Below the pieces are notes generated by a model, which made no database searches, had not been told where the DNA came from, and saw only the letters and a program-made list of their open reading frames with translations. Positions 38,596 through 48,206 of a stretch of DNA of 64,000 bases are shown here, piece after piece; positions within the stretch are counted from its first letter, which is position 1, and every line of letters starts with the position of its first letter. This stretch comes from an uncultured bacterium (GTDB lineage: Bacteria > Chloroflexota > UBA5177 > JANWHV01), in contig CAWHAE010000008.1 in the NCBI GenBank assembly GCA_963827235.1, positions 64,001-128,000 of the forward strand, given 5' to 3'. The position numbers were made by a program, and so were the translations under genes.

Positions 38596-39981
38596 TCAGC
38601 GCCGCTGATACTTCTTCGGCAGCTTGAGGGTGGCTACGCACTCGATGTGGGCGGTCTGAGGAAAGAGATCGAAAGGCACGATGCTTTCCAGTACGAAACC
38701 TTGGTCGAGGAGTTGGCGCAGGTCACGTGCCAGCGTCGACGGGTCGCAGGATACGTAGACGAGGCGCGGAATCCTGATCCGGGCCAGCTGACTGAGCACC
38801 AGCTTGGAGCAACCGCTGCGCGGGGGATCGAGCACGGCACAGTCGATCGTGCCGGGCAGTAGCGAGCGCAGGCCCAGCCCGGCATCGCCCTGGAGCACCG
38901 TGACGTTGTCCATTCCCGCTCTCGAGAGTGAGTCGCGGAGGTCTGCCACGGCGAGTGGTTCCAGCTCCAGAGCAATAACGGCACGGGACCTTGTGGCCGC
39001 CGGCGCCGTGAATGTCCCGGCGCCGCAGTACACGTCGAGCGCGACGCGCTTATCGAGCGAGCCTATCTGTTCCAGGATGTAGGTGGCCATCAACTCCGCG
39101 ACAGCCAGGTTGACCTGGAAAAACGTGCTTGGCGAGAGGCTGAGGTCCGCGTCGAGGAAGGCCGCGCGCACGCGCGGCGCACCCGCTAGGTGAACGTACT
39201 CAGATGCAGAGTCGACCGTCGTTCCCGAGACGGCGACCACGCTCGGGCACGCGTCAATCAGTGCTTGCGCCACATTCCTGGCCGAGTCCTCTGAAACGCC
39301 CTCCTCAAACGTCAGAGCCATGCTCCCCGCATCTCCGCCGCCGACGGCTGGGAGCGACCGCGCCTCGACGGATCGCAATAGACCTGAGAGTCGCAGGTCC
39401 GTCGATACCGCGCGAATGCGGTCGAAGATATCGCGTAGGGACGGGCTGAGTAGAAGGCACTGATCGACCGGCACCAACCGGTGGCTCCGCGCCTCGTGGT
39501 AGGCAAGCTCTCCGGTGGGTCCAATTATCCAGGCCGCCTTGTTGCGGTAGGCCGAGGTGGACGGTGAAGCCGTCACCGCTGCAACCGGTGCATCCAGGAT
39601 CTTGCCTACTCGCCGCATCTGCTCGCGCACGATCTGAGCCTTGATCTCGAGCTGCCCGGCGTAGGTGATGTGCTGATACTGGCATCCGCCACAGACCGGC
39701 CCGGCCACGGCGGCCTCCACCAGGATGCTGCCACGTGTACGACCGTTCTCGCCGAAATATGGGCACGGCGGCACGGTGCGCGCGGGCGCCGCTTGGACTA
39801 CTGAATACGCTTCACCCTCGAGGTAGCCGCGCTTTGCCACCAGCTGCCCGTGTTCGACCGTCTCGCCAGGCATGCCGCCCTGAATGAACACGGCCTGACC
39901 TGAGCGACGCGCCAGCATCTGCCCACCCTGGATTGGGGCAATCAGCGCCAGCTCGGTCTCTTGCCGTGAGTTCTCGGTCAT
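38596..39981 (-). CDS. rlmD: 23S rRNA (uracil-5)-methyltransferase RlmD/TrmA family
   Basis: CPYF...CGGCQYQH, YRNK, FFQVN, DVYCGAGTF, LDPPRSG, YVSCDPSTLARD, DLFPQTAHIE. Confidence 0.9.
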   Translation of the reverse strand: MTENSRQETELALIAPIQGGQMLARRSGQAVFIQGGMPGETVEHGQLVAKRGYLEGEAYSVVQAAPARTVPPCPYFGENGRTRGSILVEAAVAGPVCGGCQYQHITYAGQLEIKAQIVREQMRRVGKILDAPVAAVTASPSTSAYRNKAAWIIGPTGELAYHEARSHRLVPVDQCLLLSPSLRDIFDRIRAVSTDLRLSGLLRSVEARSLPAVGGGDAGSMALTFEEGVSEDSARNVAQALIDACPSVVAVSGTTVDSASEYVHLAGAPRVRAAFLDADLSLSPSTFFQVNLAVAELMATYILEQIGSLDKRVALDVYCGAGTFTAPAATRSRAVIALELEPLAVADLRDSLSRAGMDNVTVLQGDAGLGLRSLLPGTIDCAVLDPPRSGCSKLVLSQLARIRIPRLVYVSCDPSTLARDLRQLLDQGFVLESIVPFDLFPQTAHIECVATLKLPKKYQRR

Positions 39982-39998
39982 GATCGGCGCCTCGCGCC

Positions 39999-41444
39999 TC
40001 AGCTTTCCTGCCGCTCGATCAGCTCGCGAAGGAGATCGCCTACCAGGGCGGGGTTGGCGCTGCGCATGTCCTTCATGACCGCGCCGACCACGCGACCGAG
40101 GGCTTGCGTCTTGCCGCGTTTGTAGTCTGCTACTGCGAGCGGATTGGCAGCTATGGCCCTGAGCGCAATTGGCTCGAGAGTGGCGCGATCGCTGACCTGC
40201 TGGAGACCCATGGAGCTGACCAGGGCCGCGATGTCCTCTCCGGTGCGGAAATAGCGATCGAATACGGTCTTCGCCGCGGTCGAGCTCAGCCCGCCGGACT
40301 CCACCATACCGATAAGCGCCGCCAATCCGTTGGGCTTGACCGTGGTCTGCTCCTCTGCCTCGATTCCGCACTCGTTGAGCAGCCGCTGGAACTCGCCGAG
40401 AATCCACTTTGCCGCTTCTCGCTTACCGGCGGGTAGCAGAGCGGCAGCGTCCTCAAACAGATCCGCAGTAGCCCGCGACGTGGTGAGCTGCAGCGCGTCG
40501 GCCTCCGGAAGGTCGTACTGTCTTGCCAGACGAGCGGCCCGCTCGGCAGCCATCTCGGGCAGAGTGGCCCGTATCTCCTCGACATACGCGGAAGCGAGCA
40601 CGAGAGGGGGCAGGTCCGGTTCAGGGAAGTACCGGTAGTCGTGCGAGTCCTCTTTGCTGCGCTGCGGCACGGTCTCGCGAGTAGCCTCAACCCATCCGCG
40701 AGTCTCTTGCGTGACCCTGCCGCCGCCTTCAAGAACATTGACCTGGCGAGCGATCTCGTAGTCGATAGCCAGCTTCACGGCGCGGAAGCTGTTCATGTTC
40801 TTCACCTCCGTCTTGACGCCGAGAGTCGTGCTTCCCGCTCGTCGCACGGACACGTTGGCGTCGCAGCGGAGGCAGCCCTTCGACATGTCACCGTTGTTCA
40901 CGCCGAGGTAGAGCAGCACGCTGCGCACCTGCATGAAATAGCGGCGCGCCTCTTCGGCGCTGCGCATGTCGGGCTCACTCACGATCTCCATGAGCGGTAT
41001 GCCACAGCGATTGAAGTCGACCAGACTGAACCCCTCGCCCGGGTGGGCGGACTTGCCGGTATCCTCTTCGAGATGCACGCGAGTTATGCCTATGCGCCGC
41101 GTCTCTCCGTCTTCTCCCTGGATATCCAGGTATCCGTTCCGCGATAGAGGCAGGTCGAACTGCGAGATCTGATAGCCTTTCGGCAAATCAGGATAAAAGT
41201 AGTTCTTGCGATCGAACTTGCTGAATTCAGGGATACTGCAGTGCAGCGCGAGCGCGGTCATCACCGTGTAGCGAATTGCCGCGCGGTTGGCGACCGGCAA
41301 CACGCCGGGCATCCCTGCGCACACCTGGCACACGTGAGTGTTGGGCGCCGTGTCGGCATACGCCGTGCTGCAACTGCAGAACATCTTGCTCTTGGTGAGC
41401 AATTGTCCGTGAATCTCGAGCCCGATGACGGCCTCCCAAGCCAT
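39999..41444 (-). CDS. gatB: Asp-tRNA(Asn)/Glu-tRNA(Gln) amidotransferase subunit B
   Basis: IGLEIH, FDRKNYFYPDLPKGYQISQ, HLEEDTGK, LRCDANVS, RSKE..HDYRYFPEPDL. Confidence 0.97.
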   Translation of the reverse strand: MAWEAVIGLEIHGQLLTKSKMFCSCSTAYADTAPNTHVCQVCAGMPGVLPVANRAAIRYTVMTALALHCSIPEFSKFDRKNYFYPDLPKGYQISQFDLPLSRNGYLDIQGEDGETRRIGITRVHLEEDTGKSAHPGEGFSLVDFNRCGIPLMEIVSEPDMRSAEEARRYFMQVRSVLLYLGVNNGDMSKGCLRCDANVSVRRAGSTTLGVKTEVKNMNSFRAVKLAIDYEIARQVNVLEGGGRVTQETRGWVEATRETVPQRSKEDSHDYRYFPEPDLPPLVLASAYVEEIRATLPEMAAERAARLARQYDLPEADALQLTTSRATADLFEDAAALLPAGKREAAKWILGEFQRLLNECGIEAEEQTTVKPNGLAALIGMVESGGLSSTAAKTVFDRYFRTGEDIAALVSSMGLQQVSDRATLEPIALRAIAANPLAVADYKRGKTQALGRVVGAVMKDMRSANPALVGDLLRELIERQES

Positions 41445-41460
41445 TGTTGCTCCCCCGACT

Positions 41461-42972
41461 CTACCTCAGTCGTGCCGCGCGCGTACCGGTGCAGCGGGCG
41501 CCGCGCACCAGCGGCAGCGTCACAGATTCTGGCTTCCCGGCGACGAAGTGCCCACTCTGCTCGTAGGCGAAGGCGACCTTGAGCACGGTCTGTTCCGCGA
41601 AGGCCGGCCCAATGACCTGCAGGCCGACCGGCAGCCCATGAAGCATCCCGCAGGGCACCGAGATCCCGGGTAGCCCGGCGATGTTCACCGGTATGGTGCA
41701 CACGTCGCACAGATACATTTGATAAGGATCGTCCAGCTTCTGACCGAGCGGGAAAGCGACGATGGGCGATACCGGCGAGACGAGCGCGTCGCAGGTGTGG
41801 AACACCTCGTCGAATTCAGCTTTGATCACGGTCCGCGCCTTCTGCGCCTGCCTGTAATACTGATCGGCGTAGCCCTCGGAGAGGGCATACGTGCCCAGCA
41901 TGATGCGCCGCTTCACCTCGGCGCCGAATCCCTGTGCGCGAGAGAGGAAGTAATTCTCCATCATCGAGTCGGCCCCGGCAGAATAGCCGTATTTAATGCC
42001 GTCATAGCGCGCAAGATTCGCGCTTGCCTCGGCCGGCGCAATGATATAGTAGGTCGCCAGCGCGTAAGACGTTGAGGGAAGTGAGACGTCGAGCACCTCT
42101 GCGCCCTGGTCGCGGAGCGCGCCGATTGCACTGTATACGAGCTCGCCGACTCCGGGCTGCAGGCCTTCGGCGAAGTACTCGCGCGGCACTCCCAACCGCA
42201 GTCCACTCAGATCTCGCGTCAGCGATGCTGCGTAGTCCGGCACCGGGACAGACGCCGTGGTCGAGTCCAGTGGGTCCGGTCCGGCTATCGCGTGCAGCAT
42301 GGCAGCGGAGTCCGTCACGTCCTTGGTAAACGGGCCGATTTGGTCGAGCGACGAGGCAAAGGCCAGCAGGCCATACCGCGACACCCGGCCGTAGGTCGGC
42401 TTCAGACCCACGACACCGCAGAGTGATGCCGGCTGGCGAATGGATCCACCGGTGTCGGAGCCAAGGGATGCAAGCGCCATGTCGGCGGCCACCGCCGCGG
42501 CTGAGCCGCCGCTCGAGCCTCCAGGCACCGTGTCCAGGTTCCACGGGTTATGCGTGGGGTAGTAGGCACTGTGCTCGGTTGAGCTGCCCATGGCGAACTC
42601 GTCGAGGTTCGTCTTGCCAATGAAGACGGCACCTGCAGCCTCAAGCCGCTCTACCACTGTGGCTGAGTAGGGAGGCACGAAGTGCTCGAGAATTCGCGAA
42701 GCGGCGGTTGTGCGTTCTCCGTTCAGGCACAGGACATCCTTGAGCGCGATGGGCACGCCAAGTAGCGGGCCGTCCTCGCCCCGGGCACGGCGCCTGTCGG
42801 CTGCCTCCGCCATCGACATCGCGCGGTCTTCTAGCAACGTCAGGTACGCGTGCACCGAGCCTTCTACGGCGGCGATGCGTGCAAACACCGCGGCGGTGAG
42901 TTCGACGGCCGTGACCTCGCCTCGGCGAAGCAGGGCCACCGCGTCGTGTATGGTCAGTTCATGCAGCCTCAC
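41461..42972 (-). CDS. gatA: Amidotransferase subunit A
   Basis: GKTNLDEFAMGSSTE, PGGSSGGSA, SDTGGSIRQPA, NLARYDG, EVKRRIMLGT. Confidence 0.97.
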   Translation of the reverse strand: MRLHELTIHDAVALLRRGEVTAVELTAAVFARIAAVEGSVHAYLTLLEDRAMSMAEAADRRRARGEDGPLLGVPIALKDVLCLNGERTTAASRILEHFVPPYSATVVERLEAAGAVFIGKTNLDEFAMGSSTEHSAYYPTHNPWNLDTVPGGSSGGSAAAVAADMALASLGSDTGGSIRQPASLCGVVGLKPTYGRVSRYGLLAFASSLDQIGPFTKDVTDSAAMLHAIAGPDPLDSTTASVPVPDYAASLTRDLSGLRLGVPREYFAEGLQPGVGELVYSAIGALRDQGAEVLDVSLPSTSYALATYYIIAPAEASANLARYDGIKYGYSAGADSMMENYFLSRAQGFGAEVKRRIMLGTYALSEGYADQYYRQAQKARTVIKAEFDEVFHTCDALVSPVSPIVAFPLGQKLDDPYQMYLCDVCTIPVNIAGLPGISVPCGMLHGLPVGLQVIGPAFAEQTVLKVAFAYEQSGHFVAGKPESVTLPLVRGARCTGTRAARLR

Positions 42973-42986
42973 GGGCCGAATGCTCC

Positions 42987-43271
42987 TTACTCGAGGACCG
43001 CACGCACGCGGAAGCAGTTCTCTTCGCGGTCTGGGGCATTGGCGAGAATAGCTTCCGTGGGCAAAGACGGTCGCTCAACATCGTCGCGCAGCACGTTGCG
43101 CAGGTCGAGAATCTGCGACGTCGGACTGATCTCCTCAGTTCGAAGCTCGGTGAGCTTCGCGATGTGCTCCAGAATGCCGCCGAGCTCGGCCGTCATGCGG
43201 TCCAGCTGATCATCGTCAAGCTGCAGACGTGCCAGGGCGGCTACACTCTTTACATCATCTCGTGTGATCAC
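42987..43271 (-). CDS. gatC: Amidotransferase subunit C
   Basis: ITRDDVKSVAALARL...LRDD...LANAP....FRV; first gene of gatCAB. Confidence 0.92.
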   Translation of the reverse strand: MITRDDVKSVAALARLQLDDDQLDRMTAELGGILEHIAKLTELRTEEISPTSQILDLRNVLRDDVERPSLPTEAILANAPDREENCFRVRAVLE

Positions 43272-43353
43272 TGCGGGCTCCCATCGCAAGTGCTGCCGCG
43301 GGCAAAACCAGAGCATGGCAAGGCAACCTGTATCAGTATCGATCGGAGTCTGT

Positions 43354-43362
43354 ATTATAGCA
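43354..43362 (-). promoter_or_regulatory. Extended -10 promoter for gatCAB-rlmD
   Basis: TGCTATAAT on the minus strand. Confidence 0.6.
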
Positions 43363-43365
43363 CTG

Positions 43366-44655
43366 ATGCCGCATGCTCGATTACTCTACGCAAGCCCAGA
43401 CGGTACTCTGCTCGAACACCCGTCACTTCGACCGGCCGGCCTTACCTTTGGCGGGCCGGCGGCCGCGCACCACTGGCGCCCGTTGCCGCAAGGTGCCACG
43501 CTGTGCCAGCTTCCCGGCTGCACCGCCCAAGGTCTCGATTCGCGGGGCCGGCTGCGCACTCTGCGCGACGGTCGAGATCTGGCGGTCGGCGCGCAGCTTC
43601 CTACCGGCTACGCCAGGCTGGTCCTTCCCGCGTACCAGAAGTCGGCGGGTGCGGGATACCTGCCTCTGTTCGGCATCACTGCGGTAGCCTCCGTCGGCGG
43701 AGAGATCTGCGCGTCCTGCACCCCAATCGACGCGCCGGGCACCTGGGATCCCTGTGACTACTCGACAGCAGACCTCGCGGGCCTCGTCGAAGCCAGGCTC
43801 TCGCGGGAGGCTGAGAACCCGTTGCTCGAGCAGCTCTCACTCTGCGCGCTGGAATACGGCTGCTATACGGCGCAGAACGTGTTCTACGAGCGTTGGGAGG
43901 GCGCGCTGCCGTCGTCGCAGACGTGCTCTGCTCAGTGCGTGGGCTGCATTTCCGAGCAGAACGGTCCCGTGCCGTCGCCGCAGACGCGCTTGCGCGTCAG
44001 CCCCGCGCCCGAGCAGATGGCGGCGCTCGCGCTGGCTCATCTCGAAGGCGGACCGGGCCGCATGATCAGCTTCGGTCAGGGATGCGAGGGTGAACCCCTT
44101 AATCGCTGGCGCGCTGTGGCCAGAGCCATTGCTCTCGTACGAGAGAAGCTCCCGGCGGGATCGGCTAACGGCGGCTGCATCAACATGAACACCAACGGCT
44201 GGCATACTCGCGGGCTCGAGGCTGTGGTGGCGGCGGGGCTGCAACGCGTCCGTATAAGTCTGATCTCGGCCATCGATGACCACTACGCGGCCTACTACAA
44301 GCCGCGTGGCTACTCGCTGGAAGACGTTCGCCGATCGATCAGGCTTTGCGCCGATAAGGGTGTCTGGGTCGCGCTCAATCTGCTCACGTTCCCGGGCTAT
44401 ACAGATTGCAGCGGCGAGATTGACGCTCTCGGCAAACTTATCCGCGCACAGGGCGTGCACGAGGTGCAAGTGCGCACGCTCAACATCGATCGCGAGATGC
44501 TGATTGACTGCATGCCTGCTCCGAGCGGCGCCGAACAGGGAATCGAGGCACTGCTGCAGGCGTTGCGCTCGACGGGAGTGAGAGTAGCCACGCACGCATG
44601 GATCGACGATCTCCATCGGGTTGGTGGTGCGAGCGGCCCTCCAGATGCCCGTTAG
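43366..44655 (+). CDS. Radical SAM protein of unknown function
   Basis: CxxxCxxC (CSAQCVGC), SFGQGCEGEPL, NMNTNG, RISLIS, YYKPRGY. Confidence 0.85.
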   Translation: MPHARLLYASPDGTLLEHPSLRPAGLTFGGPAAAHHWRPLPQGATLCQLPGCTAQGLDSRGRLRTLRDGRDLAVGAQLPTGYARLVLPAYQKSAGAGYLPLFGITAVASVGGEICASCTPIDAPGTWDPCDYSTADLAGLVEARLSREAENPLLEQLSLCALEYGCYTAQNVFYERWEGALPSSQTCSAQCVGCISEQNGPVPSPQTRLRVSPAPEQMAALALAHLEGGPGRMISFGQGCEGEPLNRWRAVARAIALVREKLPAGSANGGCINMNTNGWHTRGLEAVVAAGLQRVRISLISAIDDHYAAYYKPRGYSLEDVRRSIRLCADKGVWVALNLLTFPGYTDCSGEIDALGKLIRAQGVHEVQVRTLNIDREMLIDCMPAPSGAEQGIEALLQALRSTGVRVATHAWIDDLHRVGGASGPPDAR

Positions 44656-44662
44656 TACTAGG

Positions 44663-44690
44663 TTGCGCCGGTATTAATGCGTGCTACAAT
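44663..44690 (+). promoter_or_regulatory. Sigma70-type promoter for the roadblock-obgE unit
   Basis: TTGCGC 44663-68, 16 nt, TACAAT 44685-90 preceded by TGn. Confidence 0.5.
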
Positions 44691-44749
44691 GCAGCCACGG
44701 TGATTGTCTCAGCTCGAAGAAGCACCTGGCTAACGTGGAGGGCGCATTC

Positions 44750-46867
44750 TTGACCAGCACTGTTATCGTCGTGGCGATGGCCGTGGTGTTCGCGCTGATA
44801 GTCGTTATTCTCTTGGGGCTGATGCGGCAGTCAGGGTCGGCCGCGGGCACTCCCTCGGCGGCACGTCTGCACGACTATTCAGGCATCGATTTGCAGGACC
44901 GGCTGTCGAGGATCACGCTGCCTTCGGCGCAGTCAGCACTTGGCGCCGGCGCTTCGCCTCCGGCTACGGACGGTGCGCCGGCCGGTTCCCGCTTGGGAAC
45001 GGCGGCGCAGCCTGCCGGGTGGCCGCCTTCCGCGCAAGGCCCGGCGCGAGTAGATGGATTGCCGGCCATACCGACCGCGCCGCGCGAAGAGAAGTCGCAG
45101 TTCGCGGTGGGAGATATCGCTTCTGCTCGACCGGGGCAGATTGCCTCGCAGGGCGCTACTACGACAGGTGGGCTGCCGGCGAAACCCGTCGAGCGACTGG
45201 ACTCCCCGAAGCCCTCGGGCGCCTTTGGCTTTGGCGCCCTCGGCGGCCGGATGGATTCCGACCCAACGAGCACCGGCGGTCGGAGCGGTCTACCTTCTCT
45301 GCCACCCTCGGCGAGGCTGGCTTTGCCTGGCCTCGCCGAGGCGGAGGCTCATGCGACCGGTGTGCCCCCAGGATCTGCGTTTGGCCAGGACTCGCAGTAC
45401 GCGCAGTCGCCAGGCCGTGATGCGGGCTCTCTGCCTCCCGCACACGCGGCGCTACCCTCGCCGCAAAATGAAAAACCCGGTCTACCGGGAACGGTTGCCC
45501 GGGACTCCGCACTCGACCGCGCCCAGCCCGAGGCACCTGCCAGGCCGGCAGTGAGACTTGGCCTCCCCGGAACCGTCGCAGGAGGCTTCACAATGCCGAC
45601 GGTGCCATCCCAGCCTGCTGCGGACCAGGGTATGCCGGCAGCCCGCTCGGCCGCGCCCGTGCAGTCTTCTGTCGAAGCGTCGGGAGCGCAGGCACTGGAC
45701 ATCCGCGCTATTCTTCGCGGTGAGTCGGTTCCGCGCGGCCTGCCCGGAACCGTGGCGGACTACTCTGTCACAGGCTCCAATCCGCGACCCAAGCCCCAAT
45801 TCACGACCGGACCATTGCCGCCTGCTCCTCAGCAGAGTGGACCGCTCGGCGCCGTGCCGTTCGATGCCGGCATGCTCAAGGTCGTCGATCCTCGCGTCTA
45901 CCGTGGAGAAGCGGCGGCGCCAAGCGGCAGCGTGCCGCCGGTGACGGACGGACGTGGCTCCGTTCCGCCGATGTATCCCGGCACTATCGGGCGCGTACCG
46001 GCTGACCGCATGGCGTCCGACCTGGATGCGACCCGGCTGGTGGAGGACTTCGATCTGCCTGACACGGGCTTCGAAACGCACGTGTTTTCGACGACCGAGT
46101 TGATTGATGGAGACTTTCAGCTCAATCTCGCCACCGATGGCATGGCATCCAGCTTGCCGCTAGACTTGGTCGGTGGAGATACGACCGAGCGGCTGCCCGA
46201 GCCGCCATTCGACGATCGGCAAGGGCCGACGGCTTCGCATGGCGTGCGAGCGTTTGATGCGCCGACGTGGCCGCAGGATGCCGCCCAAGCCCCGACCTCC
46301 TCACCAGCCGCGGCCGGCGGGCAACCGGTTCCCGATCTGGCGCTGACCGAGGCTGAAGCGATGGCGAGCGCGCTCGAATCCATGCCGGGCGATACGGAGA
46401 CCATTGTGCTGGGCAGCGAGACGGAGATTGCACCCGGCGCCCTGGACGACGGGCCGGCGTCATCGCCTTGGCCGGCGATGCATATCTCACCCCTGCAGGA
46501 GACGCGCGCTCACGACCTCATGCGCGACCTGGCGGGTTCTTCGGATGTCGTCTTTGTGCGCCTTGTGGCTCCACAGGGTACCGCACTCGCCGCACAGGGA
46601 GCTGAGAACGGAGACCTTACGCTTGACGCTTGTATCGCCGGGGCGATGCAGGCGGCGCGCGATGAGGCTGGCCAGCAGGAGTTCGGCGAGCCGATTTACC
46701 TGGCGGTCGAGTCCGACAAGGCGGCTCTTCTCGTGGCGCCGGTGCATGAAGGGGCGGTGCTAGCAATCTACGTGAGCAACCCTGCCCGGTTAGGTCTGCT
46801 GCGCAGGCAGGTGCGAAAGCCCGTGCTTGGCCTTCGTTCGCTCCTAATGGAGTCACGTGTTTCGTGA
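44750..46867 (+). CDS. Membrane-anchored Pro/Gly/Ala-rich protein with C-terminal Roadblock/LC7 (MglB-like) domain
   Basis: RBS GGAGGG and TTG start; N-terminal TM VIVVAMAVVFALIVVILLGLM; last ~120 aa LMRDLAGSSDVVFVRLVAPQG...LLVAPV...VLAIYV...RLGLLR fit the Roadblock pattern. Confidence 0.75.
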   Translation: MTSTVIVVAMAVVFALIVVILLGLMRQSGSAAGTPSAARLHDYSGIDLQDRLSRITLPSAQSALGAGASPPATDGAPAGSRLGTAAQPAGWPPSAQGPARVDGLPAIPTAPREEKSQFAVGDIASARPGQIASQGATTTGGLPAKPVERLDSPKPSGAFGFGALGGRMDSDPTSTGGRSGLPSLPPSARLALPGLAEAEAHATGVPPGSAFGQDSQYAQSPGRDAGSLPPAHAALPSPQNEKPGLPGTVARDSALDRAQPEAPARPAVRLGLPGTVAGGFTMPTVPSQPAADQGMPAARSAAPVQSSVEASGAQALDIRAILRGESVPRGLPGTVADYSVTGSNPRPKPQFTTGPLPPAPQQSGPLGAVPFDAGMLKVVDPRVYRGEAAAPSGSVPPVTDGRGSVPPMYPGTIGRVPADRMASDLDATRLVEDFDLPDTGFETHVFSTTELIDGDFQLNLATDGMASSLPLDLVGGDTTERLPEPPFDDRQGPTASHGVRAFDAPTWPQDAAQAPTSSPAAAGGQPVPDLALTEAEAMASALESMPGDTETIVLGSETEIAPGALDDGPASSPWPAMHISPLQETRAHDLMRDLAGSSDVVFVRLVAPQGTALAAQGAENGDLTLDACIAGAMQAARDEAGQQEFGEPIYLAVESDKAALLVAPVHEGAVLAIYVSNPARLGLLRRQVRKPVLGLRSLLMESRVS

Positions 46868-48197
46868 TCAGGTAAAGATCTTCGTGCGCTCCGGATCCGG
46901 CGGCGCAGGATCGCTGCATTTTCGGCGTGAGAAGTTCGTCCCCAAGGGGGGTCCTGATGGGGGCGACGGTGGCCGTGGCGGCAGCGTGTATACGGTCGCC
47001 GACCCGTCGATAAACACGCTGCACTACTACGTGTTCAACCGGCATCATCGTGCGCCTACTGGCGGTAACGGATCCATGCGCAGGCGACATGGGAGCGCTG
47101 GCGAGGATCTGCTGCTTCCGGTGCCTGTCGGCACTGTGGTGCGGGAGGCGGACACCGAAGCCGTTCTCGGCGACTTGACAGAGCCCGGCCAGCGCCTTCT
47201 CGTGGCCCGCGGCGGGCGCGGCGGTCTGGGCAACATCCATTTTGCAACTTCCACGTACCAGGCACCGCGAATCGCCGAGAAGGGGGAGCCGGGCGAAGAG
47301 CGTACGCTCGTGCTGGAGCTCAAGCTGATCGCAGACGTGGGACTGGCCGGCCTGCCAAACGCGGGAAAGTCCACGCTTCTGTCGTGCATGACTGCCGCTC
47401 GTCCCAAGATTGCGGACTACCCGTTCACCACGCTTACGCCCAATCTGGGCGTGGCGGTGGTCGACGACTATAGCTTCGTCATCGCGGATATACCAGGACT
47501 CATCGAAGGGGCTCACGAGGGGCTCGGTCTTGGCCACGAGTTTCTCCGGCATATCGAGCGAACGAGCGTGCTCATTCACGTGGTGGACGGTTCCGACGGT
47601 GACACGGTGCGGGTGCTCGAGCACGTCGACGTGATCAATGGCGAGCTTGCCCTCTATCGCGCCGCTCTGGGAGAGCGGCCGCAGGTTATAGCAGTGAACA
47701 AGATGGACCTTCCGGTGACCCAGGCGCAGTGGCCGGAGCTGCAGGTGGCTCTGGAGCGGCGTGGATTCGAGTGCCTGGCAATCAGCGCGGCGACCGGTAG
47801 GGGCATCGAAGCCCTGGGTCGTCGAGTCAGGCAACTTCTGGAGGCGGAGCGCGCACGTGACGCGGATCTCCTCCCTCAAGTCGAGCACATTATCGTCCCT
47901 CCGCAGCTGGACGAGTTGCGGATCGAGCATCTGGACCCTGGTGTCTTTCGCGTACACGGCCGCCGCGCGGAGCGCGTCGTCGCGATGACCGACCTCGCCT
48001 CTGAGGAGAGCCTAAACCGGCTGCAGGCGCTGCTCCGGCGATTCGGAGTCACTCGCGCCCTGGAACACGCCGGCGTCGCGGATGGCGACACGGTGATGAT
48101 TGGCGACGCAGAGCTCGTTTGGGGCAACGTCCAGGACGAGCCCACATCTCGCCGTCTCACGCGACGTGAGCGAATGAATCGAAAGCGTGACGAGTAG
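46857..48197 (+). CDS. obgE: GTPase ObgE/CgtA with C-terminal OCT domain
   Basis: FRREKFVPKGGPDGGDGGRGG, GLPNAGKSTL, KIADYPFTTL.PNLG, DIPGLIEGA, NKMD, GV..GDTV.IG. Confidence 0.97.
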   Translation: MFRDQVKIFVRSGSGGAGSLHFRREKFVPKGGPDGGDGGRGGSVYTVADPSINTLHYYVFNRHHRAPTGGNGSMRRRHGSAGEDLLLPVPVGTVVREADTEAVLGDLTEPGQRLLVARGGRGGLGNIHFATSTYQAPRIAEKGEPGEERTLVLELKLIADVGLAGLPNAGKSTLLSCMTAARPKIADYPFTTLTPNLGVAVVDDYSFVIADIPGLIEGAHEGLGLGHEFLRHIERTSVLIHVVDGSDGDTVRVLEHVDVINGELALYRAALGERPQVIAVNKMDLPVTQAQWPELQVALERRGFECLAISAATGRGIEALGRRVRQLLEAERARDADLLPQVEHIIVPPQLDELRIEHLDPGVFRVHGRRAERVVAMTDLASEESLNRLQALLRRFGVTRALEHAGVADGDTVMIGDAELVWGNVQDEPTSRRLTRRERMNRKRDE

Positions 48198-48206
48198 AAG
48201 CCGAGC

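Noticed and set aside
39982-40407. N-terminal extension of RlmD (603-aa ORF); likewise the extended OCD, murI, tauE and ppk2 ORFs
   Set aside because: The extensions overlap neighbouring genes or promoters; homology begins at downstream starts
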